Below are positions 37,501-50,600 of a stretch of DNA of 64,000 nucleotides, piece by piece (positions within the stretch are counted from its first letter, which is position 1; every line of letters starts with the position of its first letter). The notes under the pieces are model-generated. The model had not been told where the DNA came from. It was given only the letters and a program-made list of their open reading frames with translations, and did not search any database. The stretch lies in contig OZ059896.1 in the NCBI GenBank assembly GCA_964057225.1, positions 2,976,001 through 3,040,000 of the forward strand, read 5' to 3'. The position numbers and the translations under genes were made by a program. The DNA is from Auanema rhodensis (Eukaryota; Animalia; Nematoda).

Positions 37501-40500
37501 CAATGTAGTATAGTGCATTCGATGCGGATTTTTAAGCTGCGTCGATCTGTACTATCAGATTTGCGCTAGCTTAAAAATGCACCGAGATATCAACTGATAT
37601 AAGTTCACACCTATATCCTCAATTTTCACCCTGAAGAATTAATTTTTTCGTTGAATAACATTGTCCATCGTTTTTGCCTTGAAAAAAGGAATCTAAAAAC
37701 ATCTACTTTTCGCTAAATTATTTTGAAATTTTTTGAAAAAATTTTTGTCAAAATGTTTTTGGAAGCAATTTTGAGTGTACATGGAAACTCAACATACACT
37801 AATGCATCATTTTTCAAACGATCATAACTAATTTTTGTATTAAGCGTTTCTCAATGTAGTATAGTGCATTCGATGCGGATTTTTAAGCTGCGTCGATCTG
37901 TACTATCAGATTTGCGCTAGCTTGAAAATGCACCGAGATATCAACTGATATAAGTTCACACTTATATCCTTGATTTTCACCCTGAAGAATTAATTTTTTC
38001 GTTGAATAACATTGTCCATCGTTTTTGCCTTGAAAAAAAGAATCTAAAAACATCTACTTTTTGCTAAATTATTTTGAAATTTTTCGAAAAAATTTTTGTC
38101 AAAATGTTTTTGGAAGCAATTTTGAGTGTACATGGAAACTCAACATACACTAATGCATCATTTTTCAAACGATCATAACTTATTTTTGTATTAAGCGTTT
38201 CTCAATGTAGTATAGTGCATTCGATGCGGATTTTTAAGCTGCGTCGATCTGTACTATCAGATTTGCGCTAGCTCGAAAATGCACCGAGATATCAACTGAT
38301 ATAAGTTCACACTTATATCCTCGATTTTCACCCTGAAGAATTAATTTTTTCGTTGAATAACATTGTCCATCGTTTTTGCCTCGAAAAAAGGAATCTAAAA
38401 ACATCTACTTTTTGCTAAATTATTTTGAAATTTTTCGAAAAAATTTTTGTCAAAATGTTTTTGGAAGCAATTTTGAGTGTACATGGAAACTCAACATACA
38501 CTAATGCATCATTTTTCAAAAGATCATAACTAATTTTTGTATTAAGCGTTTCTCAATGTAGTATAGTGCATTCGATGCGGATTATTAAGCTGCGTCGATC
38601 TGTACTATCAGATTTGCGCTAGCTTAAAAATGCACCGAGATATCAACTGATATAAGTTCACACCTATATCCTCGATTTTCACCCTGAAGAATTAATTTTT
38701 TCGTTGAATAACATTGTCCATCGTTTTTGCCTTGAAAAAAGGAATCTAAAAACATCTACTTTTCGCTAAATTATTTTGAAATTTTTTGAAAAAATTTTTG
38801 TCAAAATGTTTTTGGAAGCAATTTTGAGTGTACATGGAAACTCAACATACACTAATGCATCATTTTTCAAACGATCATAACTAATTTTTGTATTAAGCGT
38901 TTCTCAATGTAGTATAGTGCATTCGATGCGGATTTTTAAGCTGCGTCGATCTGTACTATCAGATTTGCGCTAGCTTGAAAATGCACCGAGATATCAACTG
39001 ATATAAGTTCACACCTATATCCTCGATTTTCACCCTGAAGAATTAATTTTTTCGTTGAATAACATTGTCCATCGTTTTTGCCTTGAAAAAAGGAATCTAA
39101 AAACATCTACTTTTTGCTAAATTATTTTGAAATTTTTCGAAAAAATTTTTGTCAAAATGTTTTTGGAAGCAATTTTGAGTGTACATGGAAACTCAACACA
39201 CACTAATGCATCATTTTTCAAACGATCATAACTTATTTTTGTATTAAGCGTTTCTCAATGTAGTATAGTGCATTCGATGCGGATTTTTAAGCTGCGTCGA
39301 TCTGTACTATCAGATTTGCGCTAGCTCGAAAATGCACCGAGATATCAACTGATATAAGTTCACACTTATATCCTCGATTTTCACCCTGAAGAATTAATTT
39401 TTTCGTTGAATAACATTGTCCATCGTTTTTGCCTCGAAAAAAGGAATCTAAAAACATCTACTTTTTGCTAAATTATTTTGAAATTTTTCGAAAAAATTTT
39501 TGTCAAAATGTTTTTGGAAGCAATTTTGAGTGTACATGGAAACTCAACATACACTAATGCATCATTTTTCAAACGATCATAACTTATTTTTGTATTAAGC
39601 GTTTCTCAATGTAGTATAGTGCATTCGATGCGGATTTTTAAGCTGCGTCGATCTGTACTATCAGATTTGCGCTAGCTCGAAAATGCACCGAGATATCAAC
39701 TGATATAAGTTCACACTTATATCCTCGATTTTCACCCTGAAGAATTAATTTTTTCGTTGAATAACATTGTCCATCGTTTTTGCCTCGAAAAAAGGAATCT
39801 AAAAACATCTACTTTTTGCTAAATTATTTTGAAATTTTTCGAAAAAATTTTTGTCAAAATGTTTTTGGAAGCAATTTTGAGTGTACATGGAAACTCAACA
39901 TACACTAATGCATCATTTTTCAAACGATCATAACTAATTTTTGTATTAAGCGTTTCTCAATGTAGTATAGTGCATTCGATGCGGATTTTTAAGTTGCGTC
40001 GATCTGTACTATCAGATTTGCGCTAGCTTGAAAATGCACCGAGATATCAACTGATATAAGTTTACACTTATATCCTCGATTTTCACCCTGAAGAATTAAT
40101 TTTTTCGTTGAATAACATTGTCCATCGTTTTTGCCTCGAAAAAAGGAATCTAAAAACATCTACTTTTCGCTAAATTATTTTGAAATTTTTCGAAAAAATT
40201 TTTGTCAAAATGTTTTTGGAAGCAATTTGGAGTGTACATGGAAACTCAACATACACTAATGCATCATTTTTCAAACGATCATAACTAATTTTTGTATTAA
40301 GCGTTTCTCAATGTAGTATAGTGCATTCGATGCGGATTTTTAAGCTGCGTCGATCTGTACTATCAGATTTGCGCTGGCTTGAAAATGCACCGAGATATCA
40401 ACTGATATATGTTTACACCTATATCCTCTATTTTCACCCTGAAGAATTAATTTTTTCGTTGAATAACATTGTCCATCGTTTTTGCCTTGAAAAAAGGAAT

Positions 40501-41699
40501 CTAAAAACATCTACTTTTTGCTAAATTATTTTGAAATTTTTCGAAAAAATTTTTGTCAAAATGTTTTTGGAAGCAATTTTGAGTGTACATGGAAACTCAA
40601 CATACACTAATGCATCATTTTTCAAACGATCATAACTTATTTTTGTATTAAGCGTTTCTCAATGTAGTATAGTGCATTCGATGCGGATTTTTAAGCTACG
40701 TCGATCTGTACTATCAGATTTGCGCTAGCTCGAAAATGCACCGAGATATCAACTGATATAAGTTCACACTTATATCCTCGATTTTCACCCTGAAGAATTG
40801 ATTTTTTCGTTGAATAACATTGTCCATCGTTTTTGCCTCGAAAAAAGGAATCTAAAAACATCTACTTTTTGCTAAATTATTTTGAAATTTTTCGAAAAAA
40901 TTTTTGTCAAAATGTTTTTGGAAGCAATTTTGAGTGTACATGGAAACTCAACATACACTAATGCATCATTTTTCAAAAGATCATAACTGATTTTTGTATT
41001 AAGCGTTTCTCAATGTAGTATAGTGCATTCGATGCGGATTATTAAGCTGCGTCGATCTGTACTATCAGATTTGCGCTAGCTTAAAAATGCACCGAGATAT
41101 CAACTGATATAAGTTCACACTTATATCCTCGATTTTCACCCTGAAGAAATAATTTTTTCGTTGAATAACATTGTCCATCGTTTTTGCCTTGAAAAAAGGA
41201 ATCTAAGAACATCTACTTTTTGCTAAATTATTTTGAAATTTTTCGAAAAAATTTTTGTCAAAATGTTTTTGGAAGCAATTTTGAGTGTACATGGAAACTC
41301 AACATACACTAATGCATCATTTTTCAAACGATCATAACTAATTTTTGTATTTAGCTTTTCTCAATGTAGTATAGTGCATTCGATGCGGATGTTTAAGCTG
41401 CGTCGATCTGTGTTATCAGATTTGCGCTAGCTTAAAAATGCACCGAGATATCAACTGATATAAGTTCACACTTATATCCTCGATTTTCACCCTGAAGAAT
41501 TAATTTTTTCGTTGAATAACATTGTCTATCGTTTTTGCCTTGAAAAAAGGAATCTAAAAACATCTACTTTTTGCTAAATTATTTTCAAATTTTTCGAAAA
41601 AATTTTTGTCAAAATGTTTTTAGAAGCAATTTTGAGTGTACATGGAAACTCAACATACACTAATGCATCATTTTTCAAACGATCATAACTAATTTTTGT

Positions 41700-44600
41700 A
41701 TTCAGCTTTTTTCAATGTAGTATAGTGCATTCGATGCGGATTTTTATGCTGCGTCGATCGGTGTTATCAGATTTGCGCTAGCTTAAAAATGCACCGAGAT
41801 ATCAACTGATATAAGTTTACACTTATATCCTCGATTTTCACCCTGAAGAAATAATTTTTTCGTTGAATAACATTGTCCATCGTTTTTGCCTTGAAAAAAG
41901 GAATCTAAAAACATCTACTTTTTGCTAAATTATTTTGAAATTTTTCGAAAAAATTTTTGTCAAAATGTTTTTGGAAGCAATTTTGAGTGTACATGGAAAC
42001 TCAACATACACTAATGCATCATTTTTCAAACGATCATAACTAATTTTTGTATTTAGCTTTTCTCAATGTAATATAGTGCATTCGATGCGGATTTTTAAGC
42101 TGCGTCGATCTGTGTTATCAGATTTGCGCTAGCTTAAAAATGCACCGAGATATCAACTGATATAAGTTCACACTTATATCCTCGATTTTCACCCTGAAGA
42201 ATTAATTTTTTCGTTGAATAACATTGTCCATCGTTTTTGCCTTGAAAAAAGGAATCTAAAAACATCTACTTTTTGCTAAATTATTTTGAAATTTTTCGAA
42301 AAAATTTTTGTCAAAATGTTTTTGGAAGCAATTTTGAGTGTACATGGAAACTCAACATACACTAATGCATCATTTTTCAAACGATCATAACTAATTTTTG
42401 TATTAAGCGTTTCTCAATGTAGTATAGTGCATTCGATGCGGATTTTTAAGCTGCGTCGATCTGTACTATCAGATTTGCGCTAGCTTGAAAATGCACCGAG
42501 ATATCAACTGATATAAGTTCACACCTATATCCTCGATTTTCACCCTGAAGAATTAAATTTTTCGTTGAATAACATTGTCTATCGTTTTTGCCTTGAAAAA
42601 AGGAATCTAAAAACATCTACTTTTTGCTAAATTATTTTGAAATTTTTCGAAAAAATTTTTGTCAAAATGTTTTTGGAAGCAATTTTGAGTGTACATGGAA
42701 ACTCAACATACACTAATGCATCATTTTTCAAACGATCATAACTAATTTTTGTATTCAGCTTTTTTCAATGTAGTATAGTGCATTCGATGCGGATTTTTAT
42801 GCTGCGTCGATCGGTGTTATCAGATTTGCGCTAGCTTAAAAATGCACCGAGATATCAACTGATATAAGTTTACACTTATATCCTCGATTTTCACCCTGAA
42901 GAAATAATTTTTTCGTTGAATAACATTGTCCATCGTTTTTGCCTTGAAAAAAGGAATCTAAAAACATCTACTTTTTGCTAAATTATTTTGAAATTTTTCG
43001 AAAAAATTTTTGTCAAAATGTTTTTGGAAGCAATTTTGAGTGTACATGGAAACTCAACATACACTAATGCATCATTTTTCAAACGATCATAACTAATTTT
43101 TGTATTTAGCTTTTCTCAATGTAATATAGTGCATTCGATGCGGATTTTTAAGCTGCGTCGATCTGTGTTATCAGATTTGCGCTAGCTTAAAAATGCACCG
43201 AGATATCAACTGATATAAGTTCACACTTATATCCTCGATTTTCACCCTGAAGAATTAATTTTTTCGTTGAATAACATTGTCCATCGTTTTTGCCTTGAAA
43301 AAAGGAATCTAAAAACATCTACTTTTTGCTAAATTATTTTGAAATTTTTCGAAAAAATTTTTGTCAAAATGTTTTTGGAAGCAATTTTGAGTGTACATGG
43401 AAACTCAACATACACTAATGCATCATTTTTCAAACGATCATAACTAATTTTTGTATTTAGCGTTTCTCAATGTAGTATAGTGCATTCGATGCGGATTTTT
43501 AAGCTGCGTCGATCTGTACTATCAGATTTGCGCTAGCTTGAAAATGCACCGAGATATCAACTGATATAAGTTCACACCTATATCCTCGATTTTCACCCTG
43601 AAGAATTAAATTTTTCGTTGAATAACATTGTCTATCGTTTTTGCCTTGAAAAAAGGAATCTAAAAACATCTACTTTTTGCTAAATTATTTTGAAATTTTT
43701 CGAAAAAATTTTTGTCAAAATGTTTTTGGAAGCAATTTTGAGTGTACATGGAAACTCAACATACACTAATGCATCATTTTTCAAACGATCATAACTAATT
43801 TTTGTATTAAGCGTTTCTCGATGTAGTATAGTGCATTCGTTGCGGATTTTTAAGCTGCGTCGATCTGTACTATCAGATTTGCGCTAGCTTGAAAATGCAC
43901 CGAGATATCAACTGATATAAGTTCACACCTATATCCTCGATTTTCACCCTGAAGAATTAAATTTTTCGTTGAATAACATTGTCTATCGTTTTTGCCTTGA
44001 AAAAAGGAATCTAAAAACATCTACTTTTCGCTAAATTATTTTGAAATTTTTCGAAAAAATTTTTGTCAAAATGTTTTTGGAAGCAATTTTGAGTGTACAT
44101 GGAAACTCAACATACACTAATGCATCATTTTTCAAACGATCATAACTAATTTTTGTATTCAGCTTTTCTCAATGTAGTATAGTGCATTCGATGCGGATTT
44201 TTATGCTGCGTCGATCTGTGTTATCAGATTTGCGCTAGCTTAAAAATGCACCGAGATATCAACTGATATAAGTTCACACTTATATCCTCGATTTTCACCC
44301 TGAAGAAATAATTTTTTCGTTGAATAACATTGTCCATCGTTTTTGCCTTGAAAAAAGGAATCTAAAAACATCTACTTTTTGCTAAATTATTTTGAAATTT
44401 TTCGAAAAAATTTTTGTCAAAATGTTTTTGGAAGCAATTTTGAGTGTACATGGAAACTCAACATACACTAATGCATCATTTTTCAAACGATCATAACTAA
44501 TTTTTGTATTAAGCGTTTCTCAATGTAGTATAGTGCATTCGATGCGGATTTTTAAGCTGCGTCGATCTGTACTATCAGATTTGCGCTAGCTTGAAAATGC

Positions 44601-47600
44601 ACCGAGATATCAACTGATATAAGTTCACACCTATATCCTCGATTTTCACCCTGAAGAATTAATTTTTTCGTTAAATAACATTGTCTATCGTTTTTGCCTT
44701 GAAAAAAGGAATCTAAAAACATCTACTTTTCGCTAAATTATTTTGAAATTTTTCGAAAAAATTTTTGTCAAAATGTTTTTGGAAGCAATTTTGAGTGTAC
44801 ATGGAAACTCAACATACACTAATGCATCATTTTTCAAACGATCATAACTAATTTTTGTATTCAGCTTTTTTCAATGTAGTATAGTGCATTCGATGCGGAT
44901 TTTTATGCTGCGTCGATCGGTGTTATCAGATTTGCGCTAGCTTAAAAATGCACCGAGATATCAACTGATATAAGTTTACACTTATATCCTCGATTTTCAC
45001 CCTGAAGAAATAATTTTTTCGTTGAATAACATTGTCCATCGTTTTTGCCTTGAAAAAAGGAATCTAAAAACATCTACTTTTTGCTAAATTATTTTGAAAT
45101 TTTTCGAAAAAATTTTTGTCAAAATGTTTTTGGAAGCAATTTTGAGTGTACATGGAAACTCAACATACACTAATGCATCATTTTTCAAACGATCATAACT
45201 AATTTTTGTATTTAGCTTTTCTCAATGTAATATAGTGCATTCGATGCGGATTTTTAAGCTGCGTCGATCTGTGTTATCAGATTTCCGCTAGCTTAAAAAT
45301 GCACCGAGATATCAACTGATATAAGTTCACACTTATATCCTCGATTTTCACCCTGAAGAATTAATTTTTTCGTTGAATAACATTGTCCATCGTTTTTGCC
45401 TTGAAAAAAGGAATCTAAAAACATCTACTTTTTGCTAAATTATTTTGAAATTTTTTGAAAAAATTTTTGTCAAAATGTTTTTGGAAGCAATTTTGAGTGT
45501 ACATGGAAACTCAACATACACTAATGCATCATTTTTCAAACGATCATAACTAATTTTTGTATTAAGCGTTTCTCAATGTAGTATAGTGCATTCGATGCGG
45601 ATTTTTAAGCTGCGTCGATCTGTACTATCAGATTTGCGCTAGCTTGAAAATGCACCGAGATATCAACTGATATAAGTTCACACCTATATCCTCGATTTTC
45701 ACCCTGAAGAATTAAATTTTTCGTTGAATAACATTGTCTATCGTTTTTGCCTTGAAAAAAGGAATCTAAAAACATCTACTTTTTGCTAAATTATTTTGAA
45801 ATTTTTCGAAAAAATTTTTGTCAAAATGTTTTTGGAAGCAATTTTGAGTGTACATGGAAACTCAACATACACTAATGCATCATTTTTCAAACGATCATAA
45901 CTAATTTTTGTATTAAGCGTTTCTCGATGTAGTATAGTGCATTCGATGCGGATTTTTAAGCTGCGTCGATCTGTACTATCAGATTTGCGCTAGCTTGAAA
46001 ATGCACCGAGATATCAACTGATATAAGTTCACACCTATATCCTCGATTTTCACCCTGAAGAATTAAATTTTTCGTTGAATAACATTGTCTATCGTTTTTG
46101 CCTTGAAAAAAGGAATCTAAAAACATCTACTTTTCGCTAAATTATTTTGAAATTTTTCGAAAAAATTTTTGTCAAAATGTTTTTGGAAGCAATTTTGAGT
46201 GTACATGGAAACTCAACATACACTAATGCATCATTTTTCAAACGATCATAACTAATTTTTGTATTCAGCTTTTCTCAATGTAGTATAGTGCATTCGATGC
46301 GGATTTTTATGCTGCGTCGATCTGTGTTATCAGATTTGCGCTAGCTTAAAAATGCACCGAGATATCAACTGATATAAGTTCACACTTATATCCTCGATTT
46401 TCACCCTGAAGAAATAATTTTTTCGTTGAATAACATTGTCCATCGTTTTTGCCTTGAAAAAAGGAATCTAAAAACATCTACTTTTTGCTAAATTATTTTG
46501 AAATTTTTCGAAAAAATTTTTGTCAAAATGTTTTTGGAAGCAATTTTGAGTGTACATGGAAACTCAACATACACTAATGCATCATTTTTCAAACGATCAT
46601 AACTAATTTTTGTATTTAGCTTTTCTCAATGTAATATAGTGCATTCGATGCGGATTTTTAAGCTGCGTCGATCTGTGTTATCAGATTTGCGCTAGCTTAA
46701 AAATGCACCGAGATATCAACTGATATAAGTTCACACTTATATCCTCGATTTTCACCCTGAAGAATTAATTTTTTCGTTGAATAACATTGTCCATCGTTTT
46801 TGCCTTGAAAAAAGGAATCTAAAAACATCTACTTTTTGCTAAATTATTTTGAAATTTTTTGAAAAAATTTTTGTCAAAATGTTTTTGGAAGCAATTTTGA
46901 GTGTACATGGAAACTCAACATACACTAATGCATCATTTTTCAAACGATCATAACTAATTTTTGTATTAAGCGTTTCTCAATGTAGTATAGTGCATTCGAT
47001 GCGGATTTTTAAGCTGCGTCGATCTGTACTATCAGATTTGCGCTAGCTTGAAAATGCACCGAGATATCAACTGATATAAGTTCACACCTATATCCTCGAT
47101 TTTCACCCTGAAGAATTAAATTTTTCGTTGAATAACATTGTCTATCGTTTTTGCCTTGAAAAAAGGAATCTAAAAACATCTACTTTTTGCTAAATTATTT
47201 TGAAATTTTTCGAAAAAATTTTTGTCAAAATGTTTTTGGAAGCAATTTTGAGTGTACATGGAAACTCAACATACACTAATGCATCATTTTTCAAACGATC
47301 ATAACTAATTTTTGTATTAAGCGTTTCTCGATGTAGTATAGTGCATTCGATGCGGATTTTTAAGCTGCGTCGATCTGTACTATCAGATTTGCGCTAGCTT
47401 GAAAATGCACCGAGATATCAACTGATATAAGTTCACACCTATATCCTCGATTTTCACCCTGAAGAATTAAATTTTTCGTTGAATAACATTGTCTATCGTT
47501 TTTGCCTTGAAAAAAGGAATCTAAAAACATCTACTTTTCGCTAAATTATTTTGAAATTTTTCGAAAAAATTTTTGTCAAAATGTTTTTGGAAGCAATTTT

Positions 47601-50600
47601 GAGTGTACATGGAAACTCAACATACACTAATGCATCATTTTTCAAACGATCATAACTAATTTTTGTATTCAGCTTTTCTCAATGTAGTATAGTGCATTCG
47701 ATGCGGATTTTTATGCTGCGTCGATCTGTGTTATCAGATTTGCGCTAGCTTAAAAATGCACCGAGATATCAACTGATATAAGTTCACACTTATATCCTCG
47801 ATTTTCACCCTGAAGAAATAATTTTTTCGTTGAATAACATTGTCCATCGTTTTTGCCTTGAAAAAAGGAATCTAAAAACATCTACTTTTTGCTAAATTAT
47901 TTTGAAATTTTTCGAAAAAATTTTTGTCAAAATGTTTTTGGAAGCAATTTTGAGTGTACATGGAAACTCAACATACACTAATGCATCATTTTTCAAACGA
48001 TCATAACTAATTTTTGTATTAAGCGTTTCTCAATGTAGTATAGTGCATTCGATGCGGATTTTTAAGCTGCGTCGATCTGTACTATCAGATTTGCGCTAGC
48101 TTGAAAATGCACCGAGATATCAACTGATATAAGTTCACACCTATATCCTCGCTTTTCACCCTGAAGAATTAATTTTTTCGTTAAATAACATTGTCTATCG
48201 TTTTTGCCTTGAAAAAAGGAATCTAAAAACATCTACTTTTTGCTAAATTATTTTGAAATTTTTCGAAAAAATTTTTGTCAAAATGTTTTTGGAAGCAATT
48301 TTGAGTGTACATGGAAACTCAACATACACTAATGCATCATTTTTCAAACGATCATAACTAATTTTTGTATTCAGCTTTTTTCAATGTAGTATAGTGCATT
48401 CGATGCGGATTTTTATGCTGCGTCGATCGGTGTTATCAGATTTGCGCTAGCTTAAAAATGCACCGAGATATCAACTGATATAAGTTTACACTTATATCCT
48501 CGATTTTCACCCTGAAGAAATAATTTTTTCGTTGAATAACATTGTCCATCGTTTTTGCCTTGAAAAAAGGAATCTAAAAACATCTACTTTTTGCTAAATT
48601 ATTTTGAAATTTTTCGAAAAAATTTTTGTCAAAATGTTTTTGGAAGCAATTTTGAGTGTACATGGAAACTCAACATACACTAATGCATCATTTTTCAAAC
48701 GATCATAACTAATTTTTGTATTTAGCTTTTCTCAATGTAATATAGTGCATTCGATGCGGATTTTTAAGCTGCGTCGATCTGTGTTATCAGATTTGCGCTA
48801 GCTTAAAAATGCACCGAGATATCAACTGATATAAGTTCACACTTATATCCTCGATTTTCACCCTGAAGAATTAATTTTTTCGTTGAATAACATTGTCCAT
48901 CGTTTTTGCCTTGAAAAAAGGAATCTAAAAACATCTACTTTTTGCTAAATTATTTTGAAATTTTTCGAAAAAATTTTTGTCAAAATGTTTTTGGAAGCAA
49001 TTTTTAGTGTACATGGAAACTCAACATACACTAATGCATCATTTTTCAAACGATCATAACTAATTTTTGTATTAAGCGTTTCTCAATGTAGTATAGTGCA
49101 TTCGATGCGGATTTTTAAGCTGCGTCGATCTGTACTATCAGATTTGCGCTAGCTTGAAAATGCACCGAGATATCCACTGATATAAGTTCACACCTATATC
49201 CTCGATTTTCACCCTGAAGAATTAAATTTTTCGTTGAATAACATTGTCTATCGTTTTTGCCTTGAAAAAAGGAATCTAAAAACATCTACTTTTTGCTAAA
49301 TTATTTTGAAATTTTTCGAAAAAATTTTTGTCAAAATGTTTTTGGAAGCAATTTTGAGTGTACATGGAAACTCAACATACACTAATGCATCATTTTTCAA
49401 ACGATCATAACTAATTTTTGTATTAAGCGTTTCTCGATGTAGTATAGTGCATTCGATGCGGATTTTTAAGCTGCGTCGATCTGTACTATCAGATTTGCGC
49501 TAGCTTGAAAATGCACCGAGATATCAACTGATATAAGTTCACACCTATATCCTCGATTTTCAAGCTGAAGAATTAAATTTTTCGTTGAATAACATTGTCT
49601 ATCGTTTTTGCCTTGAAAAAAGGAATCTAAAAACATCTACTTTTCGCTAAATTATTTTGAAATTTTTCGAAAAAATTTTTGTCAAAATGTTTTTGGAAGC
49701 AATTTTGAGTGTACATGGAAACTCAACATACACTAATGCATCATTTTTCAAACGATCATAACTAATTTTTGTATTCAGCTTTTCTCAATGTAGTATAGTG
49801 CATTCGATGCGGATTTTTATGCTGCGTCGATCTGTGTTATCAGATTTGCGCTAGCTTAAAAATGCACCGAGATATCAACTGATATAAGTTCACACTTATA
49901 TCCTCGATTTTCACCCTGAAGAAATAATTTTTTCGTTGAATAACATTGTCCATCGTTTTTGCCTTGAAAAAAGGAATCTAAAAACATCTACTTTTTGCTA
50001 AATTATTTTGAAATTTTTCGAAAAAATTTTTGTCAAAATGTTTTTGGAAGCAATTTTGAGTCTACATGGAAACTCAACATACACTAATGCATCATTTTTC
50101 AAACGATCATAACTAATTTTTGTATTAAGCGTTTCTCAATGTAGTATAGTGCATTCGATGCGGATTTTTAAGCTGCGTCGATCTGTACTATCAGATTTGC
50201 GCTAGCTTGAAAATGCACCGAGATATCAACTGATATAAGTTCACACCTATATCCTCGATTTTCACCCTGAAGAATTAATTTTTTCGTTAAATAACATTGT
50301 CTATCGTTTTTGCCTTGAAAAAAGGAATCTAAAAACATCTACTTTTTGCTAAATTATTTTGAAATTTTTCGAAAAAATTTTTGTCAAAATGTTTTTGGAA
50401 GCAATTTTGAGTGTACATGGAAACTCAACATACACTAATGCATCATTTTTCAAACGATCATAACTAATTTTTGTATTTAGCTTTTCTCAATGTTATATAG
50501 TGCATTCGATGCGGATTTTTAAGCTGCGTCGATCTGTGTTATGAGATTTGCGCTAGCTTAAAAATGCACCGAGATATCAACTGATATAAGTTCACACTTA

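Noticed and set aside
40321-40524. 67-aa plus-strand ORF
   Set aside because: It arises in an unusually mutated monomer where GCTAG>GCTGG, TTAAAA>TTGAAA and ATAAG>ATATG happen to remove stops. There is no coding evidence.
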